From Cytophagaceae bacterium (GTDB lineage Bacteria > Bacteroidota > Bacteroidia > Cytophagales > Spirosomataceae), in assembly GCA_947464595.1 (NCBI GenBank), contig CANHXO010000001.1, forward strand, positions 1-59,369: a DNA stretch of 59,369 nucleotides, in the 5' to 3' direction. The notes below the pieces were generated by a model. The model did no database searches. It had not been told where the DNA came from and saw only the letters and a list, made by a program, of their open reading frames with translations. Numbering within the stretch: the first letter of the stretch is position 1; each line of letters opens with the position of its first letter. The translations under genes were made by a program, and so were the position numbers. Positions 1-9,795 of the stretch are shown piece after piece.

Positions 1-1
1 C

Positions 2-844
2 AATAAGTTTTACTCCCTGTTATTAAATGAAAATTATCTGAAATTATATCAAAAGAATTTTGTGAATGTGGGATACGAATATCAAGTATCATCTAAAATT
101 CGTTTAAGTGGATTTTTTGAATTTAGATATCGCAAAGGTTTATCTAATCAAGTTGATCAAGGTTTCTTCAGTAATTCTACTTTTTTTACGTCCAACGTTC
201 CAATGAATAATGAATTAGGGAACACTTCAATACAGGCTAACAATCAATTTTATGCGAGATTTAATTTGCGTTGGCAACCTTTATCTAGTTGGCGCAGATT
301 TAATCAAGTCCGCAGATTATCAAATAATGAGGGGCCCACAATTAACTTCCAACTAGAAAATGGCTTCATCAATCAGCCTTTTTCAAAAATTAGTCTTACT
401 GCCAGTCAATCCATTTCGCTTAATCGCTTGGGCCAAGTCAGTTATTTTATCAATTATTCTCAATTTTTAGAAAAACCTTCTTCTTTTTTAGATTATCAAC
501 ATTTTAAAGGAAATGAAATGGATGTGGTCAGTAGCGATCGTAGAATGTTTTATACGTTGCCTAATTATTTATTCAGTACAAATAGTTCGCATATCAGAGC
601 CCATTTTCACTGGGAACCTCGAAAATTAATCTTCTCTCAAATAAATTTCTTAAATCTTTATGGCATTAGGGAACATGTGGGATATAATTATTTAAAAATT
701 TATGCCCCTATTTACAAACAAGATTTTCACGAAATTTCTTATGGGGTAAGCGGTATAGCTAAAATAATCTCATTTGATTTGGTGTATCCATTGGGGAATT
801 GGGTACCGGAAAGGCTTAAATTAGTTTTCAGATTGCCTTTTTAA
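2..844 (+). CDS. DUF5686-family outer-membrane protein, C-terminal part (5' truncated by window edge)
   Basis: Frame 2 is open from base 2 (NKFYSLLLNENYLKLYQKNFV...). Contains 'FLDYQHFKGN' and 'HEISYGVSGI' motifs typical of Bacteroidota DUF5686 beta-barrels; ends in Phe. Shares motifs with 7395..9695. Confidence 0.7.
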   Translation, partial: NKFYSLLLNENYLKLYQKNFVNVGYEYQVSSKIRLSGFFEFRYRKGLSNQVDQGFFSNSTFFTSNVPMNNELGNTSIQANNQFYARFNLRWQPLSSWRRFNQVRRLSNNEGPTINFQLENGFINQPFSKISLTASQSISLNRLGQVSYFINYSQFLEKPSSFLDYQHFKGNEMDVVSSDRRMFYTLPNYLFSTNSSHIRAHFHWEPRKLIFSQINFLNLYGIREHVGYNYLKIYAPIYKQDFHEISYGVSGIAKIISFDLVYPLGNWVPERLKLVFRLPF

Positions 845-875
845 TTGTTTTTTCAGGGTCAATTTCTTACTTTTG
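845..875 (+). promoter_or_regulatory. Bacteroidota sigma70-type promoter for hppA
   Basis: TTG at 845-847, 20-nt spacer, TACTTTTG at 868-875 (consensus TAnnTTTG). Confidence 0.6.
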
Positions 876-911
876 TGACAAATTTATTTAGAATAATATA
901 AATACAGATTT

Positions 912-3089
912 ATGAATTCAATTGTTTATTTAGTTCCTGCTTTCGGTTTAGTGGGTTTGCTGTACACAGCATGGAAATTTAGTTGGGTATCGAAGCAAGA
1001 TGCTGGAAATGAAAAAATGCAAGAGTTGGCAGGTTATATTGCTGATGGTGCAATAGCCTTTTTAAAAGCTGAATGGAAAATTTTAACTTATTTTGCCATT
1101 CCTACAGCTATATTATTGGCTTGGTTGGGTACTCAAGAAGGAACTCCAGAAAATCCAATTCACTCTTCTCCTTTAATTGCTGTCGCATTTTTAATCGGTG
1201 CTGTATTTTCAGCCACTGCTGGTTATATTGGAATGATTGTGGCAACAAAAGCAAATGTTCGGACTGCTGAAGCCGCTCGTACATCGCTAGCCAAAGCTTT
1301 AAATGTCTCTTTTACGGGTGGTTCAGTGATGGGAATGGGAGTAGCTGGATTGGCTATTTTAGGTTTAGGAGGTTTGTTTATCGCCTTCTATCAAATATTT
1401 GCTCAGGGGCAAGCCCTAACTTCCGTTGAAATGAAAACAGCGATTGAAGTATTAGCAGGTTTTTCTTTAGGTGCTGAATCAATTGCCCTATTTGCACGTG
1501 TAGGTGGCGGTATATATACAAAAGCGGCTGATGTGGGTGCAGACTTAGTAGGTAAAGTAGAAGCAGGTATTCCAGAAGATGATGTACGTAATCCTGCTAC
1601 TATCGCTGATAACGTGGGTGACAATGTGGGTGATGTGGCTGGTATGGGAGCTGATTTATTTGGTTCTTATGTAGCTACTATTTTAGCTACCATGGTTTTA
1701 GGCCAAGAGATATCAGTGAATGATAATTTTGGAGGCTTCTCCCCTGTTTTATTGCCCATGTTAATTGCAGGTGTTGGTTTACTCGCTTCATTAGTTAGTA
1801 CGTTTTTTGTACGTATTTCGAGTGAAACATCTTCTGTTCAAAATGCATTGAATGTTGGTAATTATACTTCCATCGCCATAACATTCGTTACATCTTATTT
1901 TTTAGTTACCAATATTTTGCCTGAAACGTTGAATTTAAGAGGAAGAGAATTTTCTTCTATGGATGTATTCTATGCCATCATTGTAGGATTGATAGTAGGA
2001 ACATTAATGTCAATCATTACGGAGTATTACACTGCTATGGGTAAGCGTCCGGTGGATTCAATTGTTCAAAAGTCTGGTACTGGACATGCAACTAATATCA
2101 TTGGAGGATTAGCTGTGGGAATGGAGTCAACGGTATTGCCTATTTTAGTTTTAGCTGCTGGTATCATTGGTTCATATCATTTTGCAGGTATTTATGGAGT
2201 TTCTATAGCTGCAGCAGGAATGATGGCCACAACAGCTATGCAATTGGCAATCGATGCTTTTGGTCCTATTGCTGATAATGCAGGTGGTATCGCCGAAATG
2301 TCTCAGTTACCTGCAGAGGTTCGTGAGCGTACTGATAATTTAGATGCCGTAGGAAATACTACAGCTGCTACAGGGAAAGGATTTGCTATTGCTTCTGCTG
2401 CATTGACTTCTCTTGCATTATTTGCAGCTTTCGTGGGTATTGCGGGTATCACACAAATTGACATTTATAAAGCAGATGTATTAGCTGGTTTATTTGTGGG
2501 TGGTATGATTCCATTTATATTTTCTGCCCTTTGTATTTCTGCAGTAGGTAAAGCCGCGATGGAAATGGTGAATGAGGTTAGACGTCAATTTAGAGAAATA
2601 CCAGGAATCATGGAATATAAGGCCAAGCCTGAATATGAGAAGTGTGTGGCAATTTCAACAGAGGCATCTATTAGACAAATGATTTTACCAGGTGCAATTG
2701 CATTGACTGTTCCTGTGATTGTTGGTTTTGCTATGGGACCAGAGGTTCTTGGTGGTTTATTGGCTGGTGTTACGGTGTCAGGCGTTTTAATGGGAATATT
2801 CCAATCGAATGCTGGAGGTGCTTGGGATAACGCAAAGAAATCTTTTGAAAAAGGTGTCTTAATAGATGGTGTTACATACAAAAAAGGTTCTGAGCCACAT
2901 AAAGCGGCTGTTACTGGGGATACGGTAGGTGATCCTTTCAAAGATACTTCAGGACCTTCGATGAACATCTTAATTAAATTGATGTCGATTGTCTCTTTAG
3001 TTATTGCGCCTTACATTCATGTAGGAAATTCTAATCATGTTTCTAAGGTAGAAAAGGCTCCTATTGTTAAGGTTATTGCAAAGAAATAG
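912..3089 (+). CDS. hppA: Membrane-bound K+-dependent cation-translocating pyrophosphatase
   Basis: [45 protein letters not shown] and [10 protein letters not shown] motifs; multiple TM helices. Confidence 0.97.
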   Translation: MNSIVYLVPAFGLVGLLYTAWKFSWVSKQDAGNEKMQELAGYIADGAIAFLKAEWKILTYFAIPTAILLAWLGTQEGTPENPIHSSPLIAVAFLIGAVFSATAGYIGMIVATKANVRTAEAARTSLAKALNVSFTGGSVMGMGVAGLAILGLGGLFIAFYQIFAQGQALTSVEMKTAIEVLAGFSLGAESIALFARVGGGIYTKAADVGADLVGKVEAGIPEDDVRNPATIADNVGDNVGDVAGMGADLFGSYVATILATMVLGQEISVNDNFGGFSPVLLPMLIAGVGLLASLVSTFFVRISSETSSVQNALNVGNYTSIAITFVTSYFLVTNILPETLNLRGREFSSMDVFYAIIVGLIVGTLMSIITEYYTAMGKRPVDSIVQKSGTGHATNIIGGLAVGMESTVLPILVLAAGIIGSYHFAGIYGVSIAAAGMMATTAMQLAIDAFGPIADNAGGIAEMSQLPAEVRERTDNLDAVGNTTAATGKGFAIASAALTSLALFAAFVGIAGITQIDIYKADVLAGLFVGGMIPFIFSALCISAVGKAAMEMVNEVRRQFREIPGIMEYKAKPEYEKCVAISTEASIRQMILPGAIALTVPVIVGFAMGPEVLGGLLAGVTVSGVLMGIFQSNAGGAWDNAKKSFEKGVLIDGVTYKKGSEPHKAAVTGDTVGDPFKDTSGPSMNILIKLMSIVSLVIAPYIHVGNSNHVSKVEKAPIVKVIAKK

Positions 3090-3111
3090 GTAGCTATATT
3101 TTTTGATTTTT

Positions 3112-3140
3112 AAGAGGCACTTCCTGTGCCTCTTTTTTTT
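3112..3140 (+). terminator. Rho-independent terminator of hppA
   Basis: AAGAGGCAC-ttcct-GTGCCTCTT followed by T-run. Confidence 0.85.
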
Positions 3141-3273
3141 GTCCAAGTCATGTAATCATTCAATGAATTAGATCGTTTAATTACAAGTTAGATTTTAAAT
3201 TATCTGTGTGCACTAACGATTAAGATGTTGGCCCGCGATGATGAATCGCATGTCGAGTGGGCATATGCCCAAC

Positions 3274-3304
3274 AAAAAAAGCCTTCCATTTGGAAGGCTT
3301 TTTT
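3274..3304 (-). terminator. Intrinsic (bidirectional-looking) terminator of prs-rplY
   Basis: A7-GCCTTCCA-tt-TGGAAGGC-T6, about 20 nt past the rplY stop. Confidence 0.85.
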
Positions 3305-3322
3305 ATTTCAATTAGAACAGAA

Positions 3323-3889
3323 TTAAGCAGTTAACTTACCTCTTAATGCTCTAGGAATATCGATGGTTGCCACTGGATTTGACATGGGATTTAAAATCTC
3401 ACATCCTTCAACAACTAATTTATTCACTTTAACTGTTTGACCTAAGTCTAGTCCAGAAATGTCAACCGTCACGAAATCAGGAATGTTTTCTGACAATCCT
3501 TTTAAGGTAACCTTACGTAACTTTTGAATCATTTTACCCCCTTTAATTACACCAGGAGAGTTTCCAATGACTTTAATCGGCACAGCAATTTTAATAGGAC
3601 TTCCTGGAACAATTTCGAGAAAATCCACGTGAAGTATCATTTCATTCACAGGATGAAATTGAGCGTCTTGTAAAATAGCTCTATACTTATCACCTTCTAC
3701 ATTTAATTCTACTTCATACACATCAGCAGAATATAATAATTCACGAAATAATATCATAGGCACAGCAAAATGTACTTGCTCTTTTCCACCATACAATACA
3801 CAAGGAGCTAAAGCTTCAGCACGTAAATCTTTTGCGCCTTTACTACCGAGATTCGCTCTTTTAAACCCTACAATCTCTAATTTTTTCAT
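3323..3889 (-). CDS. rplY: 50S ribosomal protein L25/general stress protein Ctc
   Basis: PCVLYGG, QFHPV..ILHVDF, VDISGLDLG motifs; downstream of prs as usual. Confidence 0.96.
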   Translation of the reverse strand: MKKLEIVGFKRANLGSKGAKDLRAEALAPCVLYGGKEQVHFAVPMILFRELLYSADVYEVELNVEGDKYRAILQDAQFHPVNEMILHVDFLEIVPGSPIKIAVPIKVIGNSPGVIKGGKMIQKLRKVTLKGLSENIPDFVTVDISGLDLGQTVKVNKLVVEGCEILNPMSNPVATIDIPRALRGKLTA

Positions 3890-3950
3890 TTTGTTTTTTG
3901 TTAATGTTTTTAGTCTTTCGCCAATAGCTATCCCCTAAAAACGGTTGAAA

Positions 3951-4892
3951 TTAATATTTAATAAATAATGAACTGATTGATTCGTGATCTCTAATTCTTC
4001 CAATGGCCTTGGCAAATAATTCTGCCACTGAAAGTACTTTAATTTTATCGCATGCCTGTTTTTGAGGAATTGTGTCGGTGACCAATAATTCTGTTAAAAT
4101 AGAATTTGATATATTTTCATATGCATTGCCCGATAATACCGGATGCGTTACAACTGCTCTAACTGACTTGGCGCCTTTATCCATAATTAACTGAGCCGCT
4201 TTACATAACGTTCCTCCTGTATCAATTAAGTCATCTACCAATACAACATCTGCTCCTTTTACATCCCCAATTAATTGCATGGATGCAATCTCATTAGCCC
4301 TCTTTCTATGTTTATCACATATAACCATTTCTGCATTGAAGAATTTAGCCATATTTCTGGTCCTAACTACACCGCCAACGTCAGGTGAAGCAAAAACAAT
4401 ATTATCTAAATTCAATGATTTCAAATAAGGTACAAAAATGGCATTACCCTCAAGATGATCTACAGGGAAATCCATAAACCCTTGTATTTGACCTGCATGT
4501 AAATCGATCGTCATTAATCGATCCGCACCTGCAGCAGTTAATAAATTTCCAATGAGCTTTGCCCCAATCCCAACTCGAGGCCTATCTTTACGATCTTGTC
4601 TTGAATAGCCAAAATACGGCATGACAGCTGTAACATAATGAGCTGATGCCCTTCTCGCAGCATCTATCATTAATAACAATTCCATGAGATTGTCCGAACT
4701 AGGAAAAGTGGATTGAATGATAAATACATCACAACCCCTCACCGATTCATCAAAACTTGGCGACATTTCTCCATCAGAAAATTTCAAAATTGTAGCAGCA
4801 CCTAAATCCTTTCCATAATATTTAGCAATATCCTTCGCTAAATAATTTGACGCTGATCCAGAAAAAATTTTAACTGCATTGATGGCTGCCAT
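3951..4892 (-). CDS. prs: Ribose-phosphate pyrophosphokinase
   Basis: FSDGE, PYFGYSRQDRK, DLHAGQIQGF, VDDLIDTGGT motifs. Confidence 0.98.
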   Translation of the reverse strand: MAAINAVKIFSGSASNYLAKDIAKYYGKDLGAATILKFSDGEMSPSFDESVRGCDVFIIQSTFPSSDNLMELLLMIDAARRASAHYVTAVMPYFGYSRQDRKDRPRVGIGAKLIGNLLTAAGADRLMTIDLHAGQIQGFMDFPVDHLEGNAIFVPYLKSLNLDNIVFASPDVGGVVRTRNMAKFFNAEMVICDKHRKRANEIASMQLIGDVKGADVVLVDDLIDTGGTLCKAAQLIMDKGAKSVRAVVTHPVLSGNAYENISNSILTELLVTDTIPQKQACDKIKVLSVAELFAKAIGRIRDHESISSLFIKY

Positions 4893-4927
4893 ACTCTATT
4901 GGAACTGATTTAAGGTAAATCGAGGTG

Positions 4928-4935
4928 CAAAATTA
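4928..4935 (-). promoter_or_regulatory. -7 element (TAATTTTG) for prs-rplY
   Basis: Reverse complement of caaaatta, ~35 nt upstream of the prs ATG. Confidence 0.55.
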
Positions 4936-4960
4936 TATAATTCTGCCTCTAAAAACAAGT

Positions 4961-7225
4961 TTATTTTACAGATGCTCTAATTATGTTTAATGCGCCACCT
5001 GCTTTGAACCACTCTATTTGTTGATCATTGTACGTATGATTCACTAAAAATTCATCTTTAGATCCATCCGCATGTGACAATTCTACGGTTAACGGTTTAT
5101 CTGATGCAAACGAAGTTAATCCTTTGATTGAGATCGAATCATTTTCTTGAATTTTATCATAATCCGCATCGTTCGAAAATGTTAAAGCTAACATCCCTTG
5201 TTTTTTCAAATTAGTTTCATGAATACGAGCAAAGGATTTAACTAAAACTGCACGAACGCCAAGATGTCTTGGTTCCATAGCAGCATGCTCACGCGATGAA
5301 CCCTCGCCATAATTGGTATCACCTACAACGATTGTTCCTATACCGGCAGCTTTATAAGCTCTTTGTGTATTAGGAACTGTGTCGTATTGGCCATTCAATT
5401 GGCTTTTAACGTTATCTGTTTTCTCATTGTAATAATTAACGGCACCGATCAACATGTTATTTGAAATGTTATCCAAATGTCCTCTATATTTTAACCAAGG
5501 ACCTGCCATTGAAATGTGATCCGTGGTACATTTTCCTTTGGCTTTGATTAATAATTTTAAATTAGTTAAATCAGATCCTTCCCAGGCTGCAAATGGGTCT
5601 AATAACTGTAAACGATCGGAAGTTGGCGATACTTTAACCTGAACTTGAGATCCATCTGCTGCAGGTGCTTGATATCCAGCATCTTCTACACTAAATCCTT
5701 TTTTGGGTAATTCATCGCCAGTGGGAGCCTCTAAATATACTTTTTCACCTTTTTCATTAATTAAATGATCCGTTAAAGGATTAAATGTCAAATCACCTGC
5801 GATCGCTAAGGCCGTAACAATTTCAGGAGATGCCACAAATGCAAAAGTATTTGGGTTACCATCAGCACGCTTGGCAAAGTTTCTGTTAAAAGAATGGACG
5901 ATGGTGTTCTTTTCTGCTTTTTCCGCTCCGGGTCTTGCCCATTGTCCAATACATGGACCGCAAGCATTGGAAAAAACAGTCGCTCCGATGGAATTAAATG
6001 TGTCAATAAAACCGTCCCTTTCGATCGTATAACGGACTAATTCAGATCCCGGAGTAATGGTAAATTGAGCTTTGGTTTTCAAATCTTTCGCCGACACTTG
6101 TTTGGCTAATGAGGCAGCTCTAGCTATATCTTCATAAGATGAATTGGTACATGATCCGATTAGACCCACTTCAACTTTTGTAGGCCAGCCATTTTTTTCA
6201 GCCATCTCTTTCATTTTAGAGATCGGTGTAGCCAAATCTGGTGTAAATGGACCATTTAAATATGGCTCCAACGTATCCAAATCAATTTCTATGACCTGAT
6301 CAAAATATTTCTCTGGGTTTGCATAAACCTCAGGGTCTCCCGTTAAATGTTCTTTGACTTGGTTCGCTAATGCAGCCACATCTGCACGATCAGTGGACTC
6401 TAAGTAGCGAGCCATGGAATCATCATATCCAAACGTAGAAGTGGTTGCCCCAATTTCTGCGCCCATATTGCAAATAGTTCCTTTTCCAGTACATGACATA
6501 GAAGTGGCTCCATCTCCAAAATATTCAACGACACATCCGGTGCCACCTTTTACGGTCAAAATACCGGCCACTTTTAAAATTACATCTTTGGCTGAAGTCC
6601 AACCATTTAGTTTACCTGTTAATTTAACACCAATCAGTTTTGGAAACTTAAGCTCCCAAGCTAATCCTGCCATTACATCACACGCATCTGCTCCACCCAC
6701 TCCAATGGCAATCATTCCTAATCCACCGGCATTGACGGTATGTGAATCAGTACCAATCATCATTCCACCTGGAAAAGCATAATTTTCTAATACCACTTGG
6801 TGTATGATACCAGCCCCTGGCTTCCAAAATCCAATACCATATTTGTCTGAGACAGAAGAAAGAAAATCATAGACTTCTTTATTTTTATCTACGGCAACTT
6901 TTAAATCGGTCGAGGATGCTACTTTTGCTTCAATTAAATGATCGCAATGAACCGTAGACGGAACAGCAACCTGTGGTCTTCCCGCTTGCATAAATTGCAA
7001 TAATGCCATCTGAGCCGTGGCATCTTGCATCGCTACACGGTCAGGTGCAAAATCTACATATGAATTACCTCTTGTAAATGTATTTGTAGGAGTACCTTCC
7101 CATAAATGACTATAAAGAATTTTTTCAGTTAATGTCAGTGCTTTTCCTGTTAGAGCACGTGCTGCTGCTATTCGAGCTGGCATTTTGCTGTAAACAGCTT
7201 TAATCATTTCAATGTCAAAGGCCAT
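4961..7225 (-). CDS. acnA: Aconitate hydratase (mitochondrial-type aconitase of Bacteroidota)
   Basis: [37 protein letters not shown] (Fe-S Cys), GSSREHAA. Confidence 0.95.
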   Translation of the reverse strand: MAFDIEMIKAVYSKMPARIAAARALTGKALTLTEKILYSHLWEGTPTNTFTRGNSYVDFAPDRVAMQDATAQMALLQFMQAGRPQVAVPSTVHCDHLIEAKVASSTDLKVAVDKNKEVYDFLSSVSDKYGIGFWKPGAGIIHQVVLENYAFPGGMMIGTDSHTVNAGGLGMIAIGVGGADACDVMAGLAWELKFPKLIGVKLTGKLNGWTSAKDVILKVAGILTVKGGTGCVVEYFGDGATSMSCTGKGTICNMGAEIGATTSTFGYDDSMARYLESTDRADVAALANQVKEHLTGDPEVYANPEKYFDQVIEIDLDTLEPYLNGPFTPDLATPISKMKEMAEKNGWPTKVEVGLIGSCTNSSYEDIARAASLAKQVSAKDLKTKAQFTITPGSELVRYTIERDGFIDTFNSIGATVFSNACGPCIGQWARPGAEKAEKNTIVHSFNRNFAKRADGNPNTFAFVASPEIVTALAIAGDLTFNPLTDHLINEKGEKVYLEAPTGDELPKKGFSVEDAGYQAPAADGSQVQVKVSPTSDRLQLLDPFAAWEGSDLTNLKLLIKAKGKCTTDHISMAGPWLKYRGHLDNISNNMLIGAVNYYNEKTDNVKSQLNGQYDTVPNTQRAYKAAGIGTIVVGDTNYGEGSSREHAAMEPRHLGVRAVLVKSFARIHETNLKKQGMLALTFSNDADYDKIQENDSISIKGLTSFASDKPLTVELSHADGSKDEFLVNHTYNDQQIEWFKAGGALNIIRASVK

Positions 7226-7254
7226 AAGTTTAATTAGTTTTATAAAATTGTGCT

Positions 7255-7262
7255 CAAAATTA
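7255..7262 (-). promoter_or_regulatory. -7 element (TAATTTTG) for aconitase
   Basis: Reverse complement of caaaatta, 30 nt upstream of the ATG. Confidence 0.55.
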
Positions 7263-7394
7263 ATAGATTAGGTTCAATTTTGCCACTAATTAGAAATATG
7301 ATTTACTTTGTGATTGTATTTTTTACGGAATAAATTTTAGGATATCATAATTCTATTTTTTTTCTGTACTTTTTTAAAAATAAAATTTCTATTT

Positions 7395-9695
7395 GTGGTC
7401 CCATTGCGCACTATTTTTCTCGCATCTATCCTTTTTCTTGCGGGAAAATTAACGTTGTGTGCACAATCCTTAAAATCTGATTCTACGATTCAAGTAGCAA
7501 TTAATTCTGCGGCCCAACATAGCGCTGCGATCAATAAGTTAATTATTCATGTTCAATCCGTAGAAAAAGCAAGGTTTTCCAAATTTATAGGCATAGGTAA
7601 AAAAAGATTGCAAAATAATGAAGGTATCCAAGAAGGTCAATGGTATGGAAATGAAACCATATCTAAAGTATATTTAGGCAGTTTGAGCCAAATGATACAT
7701 GAAATCAATTATTTCAAACCCTACCGCAAACAAAGCGGTACTCCAAGTCTTTTCTTTTGGCCAGATTTTTATCAAGATTTTATTGGTACACAATGCATAT
7801 CACCCTTGAATTACGAAGGATTTTATTATTACCAATACCAATTTTTATCCGACACGCTTGTCGATAATCAACCCTGTAAGCAATATTTGATTCAACCTAA
7901 ATTTAAAACAGATCGTTTGTTTCATGGTAAATTAACTTTAAGTGAAGACGGATGGATTGTCCGTTGGGAAGGAGAAGTACTTTCAGATGATATTTTGTAT
8001 TTCATGGATTTGAAAAATGCTTATTCACAAGGAAAATGGCTACCTCATGATTTATATTTGAAGGTAAAAGGAGGCGTTTTAGGTATAGAAGGAGAATTTA
8101 TTTTAAATCAAAAGGTTATCAGTCCCATCGAAAATTGGTCAATGCCTGCCCTCACTTTCACTCGTCCGTCAAAATTTGTAGAGCGATTAAACATTTCAGA
8201 AATAGCATTTGATGAAGTATTTGCTTCCCAACTACTCAAAAATTTATATCAGGGACTTAAAAGAAAATGGAAATATAGGCCCACTTCTGACCTTATTGAT
8301 ATTGATTCAGTCCTTTTTAATTATCAAGATATCAATCCAGGCAATTCAGAGTTAACAGAAGAAATTCGAGAATCAACAGTTGAGACATCTATAGCGGCTT
8401 TTGATGTTTTAAAAAAGTCCCCTTTTAACCCGAGTCAATTAATTTTTAGTAAATCATTTTATTTTGGGCAAAAAAGAAAAGATTTTTATCCATTTGAAAT
8501 TTATTATAAATCGCCTGTTTTTGATTCTAATTTCAATACGGTTGAGGGTTTTGTAGTAAATTCTGCTCTTATATTTAGGCGTCGCTGGGCACCCTATAAA
8601 TATGTAGAAGTAGAGGCCTTAGGTAGAAGATCTTTTGGATTAAATCGAAATTCAGGTTACTTAAAGGTTCGATATAAAACGGATTCTTTCGATGTTCAAT
8701 TAACGAATGGTGATTATATAGCTCAGTTCAATCCTGACAATACCATTTCACCTGAGATGAATTCTTTATCTACTCTGTTGTTGAAAAATAATCAGATGAA
8801 AATTTTTAGAAAGGAATTTTGGAGTTTATCCTTCATTAATCGTTTTTCATCTCGTTTTTATTTAAAAGCTCTTTTAGAATCATCTAAGCGTTTTCAAATG
8901 AATAATACCACAGATTATTTCTGGGTTAATTACATGAATCGTAGTTTTACTACTAATAATCCGACTAACAAAGAATATTTGCGAGAAGAGTTTGAACCGC
9001 ATCGGGCATTTATTTCCCAAGTGCAATTGGGTTTTAGGCCATTTTTGTCTTATTCGTATGTAAATAATTTACGTGTCAGTGATTGGGGTTCTTCCCCATT
9101 ACTTATTTTTAAATATCGAGCTGGTTGGCCCAATGTATTTAAATCAAGCATTAATTTCCAACTTTTAGAACTATCCTACATTCAAAATTTAAGTCTTAGT
9201 CCTTGGATTAAAACTGGATTCATTTTAAATGCAGGTACATTTATTGGAGATAAACCCGTTTACTTCCAAGATTATAAGCATTTTAATGGTGTAATCAGCT
9301 TGGTTCAAACAGGTGAAATGTTGGCATCACATCGGTTAGTCGGTTATTATCAAAATTTGACCAGTGGAGCAAATCAACGTTTAAATGTAAACCACTATGC
9401 CTATAGTACCTCTGGCAATTACATAGAGGCTCTCTCCCAATTCCAATTTTCCAATTTATGGTTAAAACCATTGTTGGGTTTTAAAAAAGCCTACATTAAG
9501 GAATTGTTAATCGCAAATGCATATTACATCAACAACCAGAACTTATTTTATAATGAAATTGGATATGGCTTGGACGGTGTGATTAAAGTTTTGAGAATAG
9601 AAGCGATCGCTAATTTCAATAATGGTCAATTTAACTACCTAGGGTTGAGAATAAATATCAATTCTAGAATAAGAGTGGGCAATATTATTGAATGA
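7395..9695 (+). CDS. DUF5686-family outer-membrane protein
   Basis: Signal peptide; ISPL..YYQY, FNTVEG, FQDYKHFNG, YNEIGYGLDG motifs. GTG start. Confidence 0.7.
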   Translation: MVPLRTIFLASILFLAGKLTLCAQSLKSDSTIQVAINSAAQHSAAINKLIIHVQSVEKARFSKFIGIGKKRLQNNEGIQEGQWYGNETISKVYLGSLSQMIHEINYFKPYRKQSGTPSLFFWPDFYQDFIGTQCISPLNYEGFYYYQYQFLSDTLVDNQPCKQYLIQPKFKTDRLFHGKLTLSEDGWIVRWEGEVLSDDILYFMDLKNAYSQGKWLPHDLYLKVKGGVLGIEGEFILNQKVISPIENWSMPALTFTRPSKFVERLNISEIAFDEVFASQLLKNLYQGLKRKWKYRPTSDLIDIDSVLFNYQDINPGNSELTEEIRESTVETSIAAFDVLKKSPFNPSQLIFSKSFYFGQKRKDFYPFEIYYKSPVFDSNFNTVEGFVVNSALIFRRRWAPYKYVEVEALGRRSFGLNRNSGYLKVRYKTDSFDVQLTNGDYIAQFNPDNTISPEMNSLSTLLLKNNQMKIFRKEFWSLSFINRFSSRFYLKALLESSKRFQMNNTTDYFWVNYMNRSFTTNNPTNKEYLREEFEPHRAFISQVQLGFRPFLSYSYVNNLRVSDWGSSPLLIFKYRAGWPNVFKSSINFQLLELSYIQNLSLSPWIKTGFILNAGTFIGDKPVYFQDYKHFNGVISLVQTGEMLASHRLVGYYQNLTSGANQRLNVNHYAYSTSGNYIEALSQFQFSNLWLKPLLGFKKAYIKELLIANAYYINNQNLFYNEIGYGLDGVIKVLRIEAIANFNNGQFNYLGLRININSRIRVGNIIE

Positions 9696-9727
9696 TTTTT
9701 AAATTTTCATTCAGTCTTAAAAATCAA

Positions 9728-9760
9728 TTTGAATAAATACATATTAAGCACTTATATTTG
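9728..9760 (+). promoter_or_regulatory. Consensus Bacteroidota promoter for topA-folD
   Basis: TTTG (9728-9731), 21-nt spacer, TATATTTG (9753-9760). Confidence 0.75.
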
Positions 9761-9795
9761 CGGTCATTTAAAAATACATTCTTTCTAAAATTGAA

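Noticed and set aside
4961-7225. Aconitase resembling the eukaryotic mitochondrial enzyme, as possible HGT
   Set aside because: This is the normal aconitase type in Bacteroidota.
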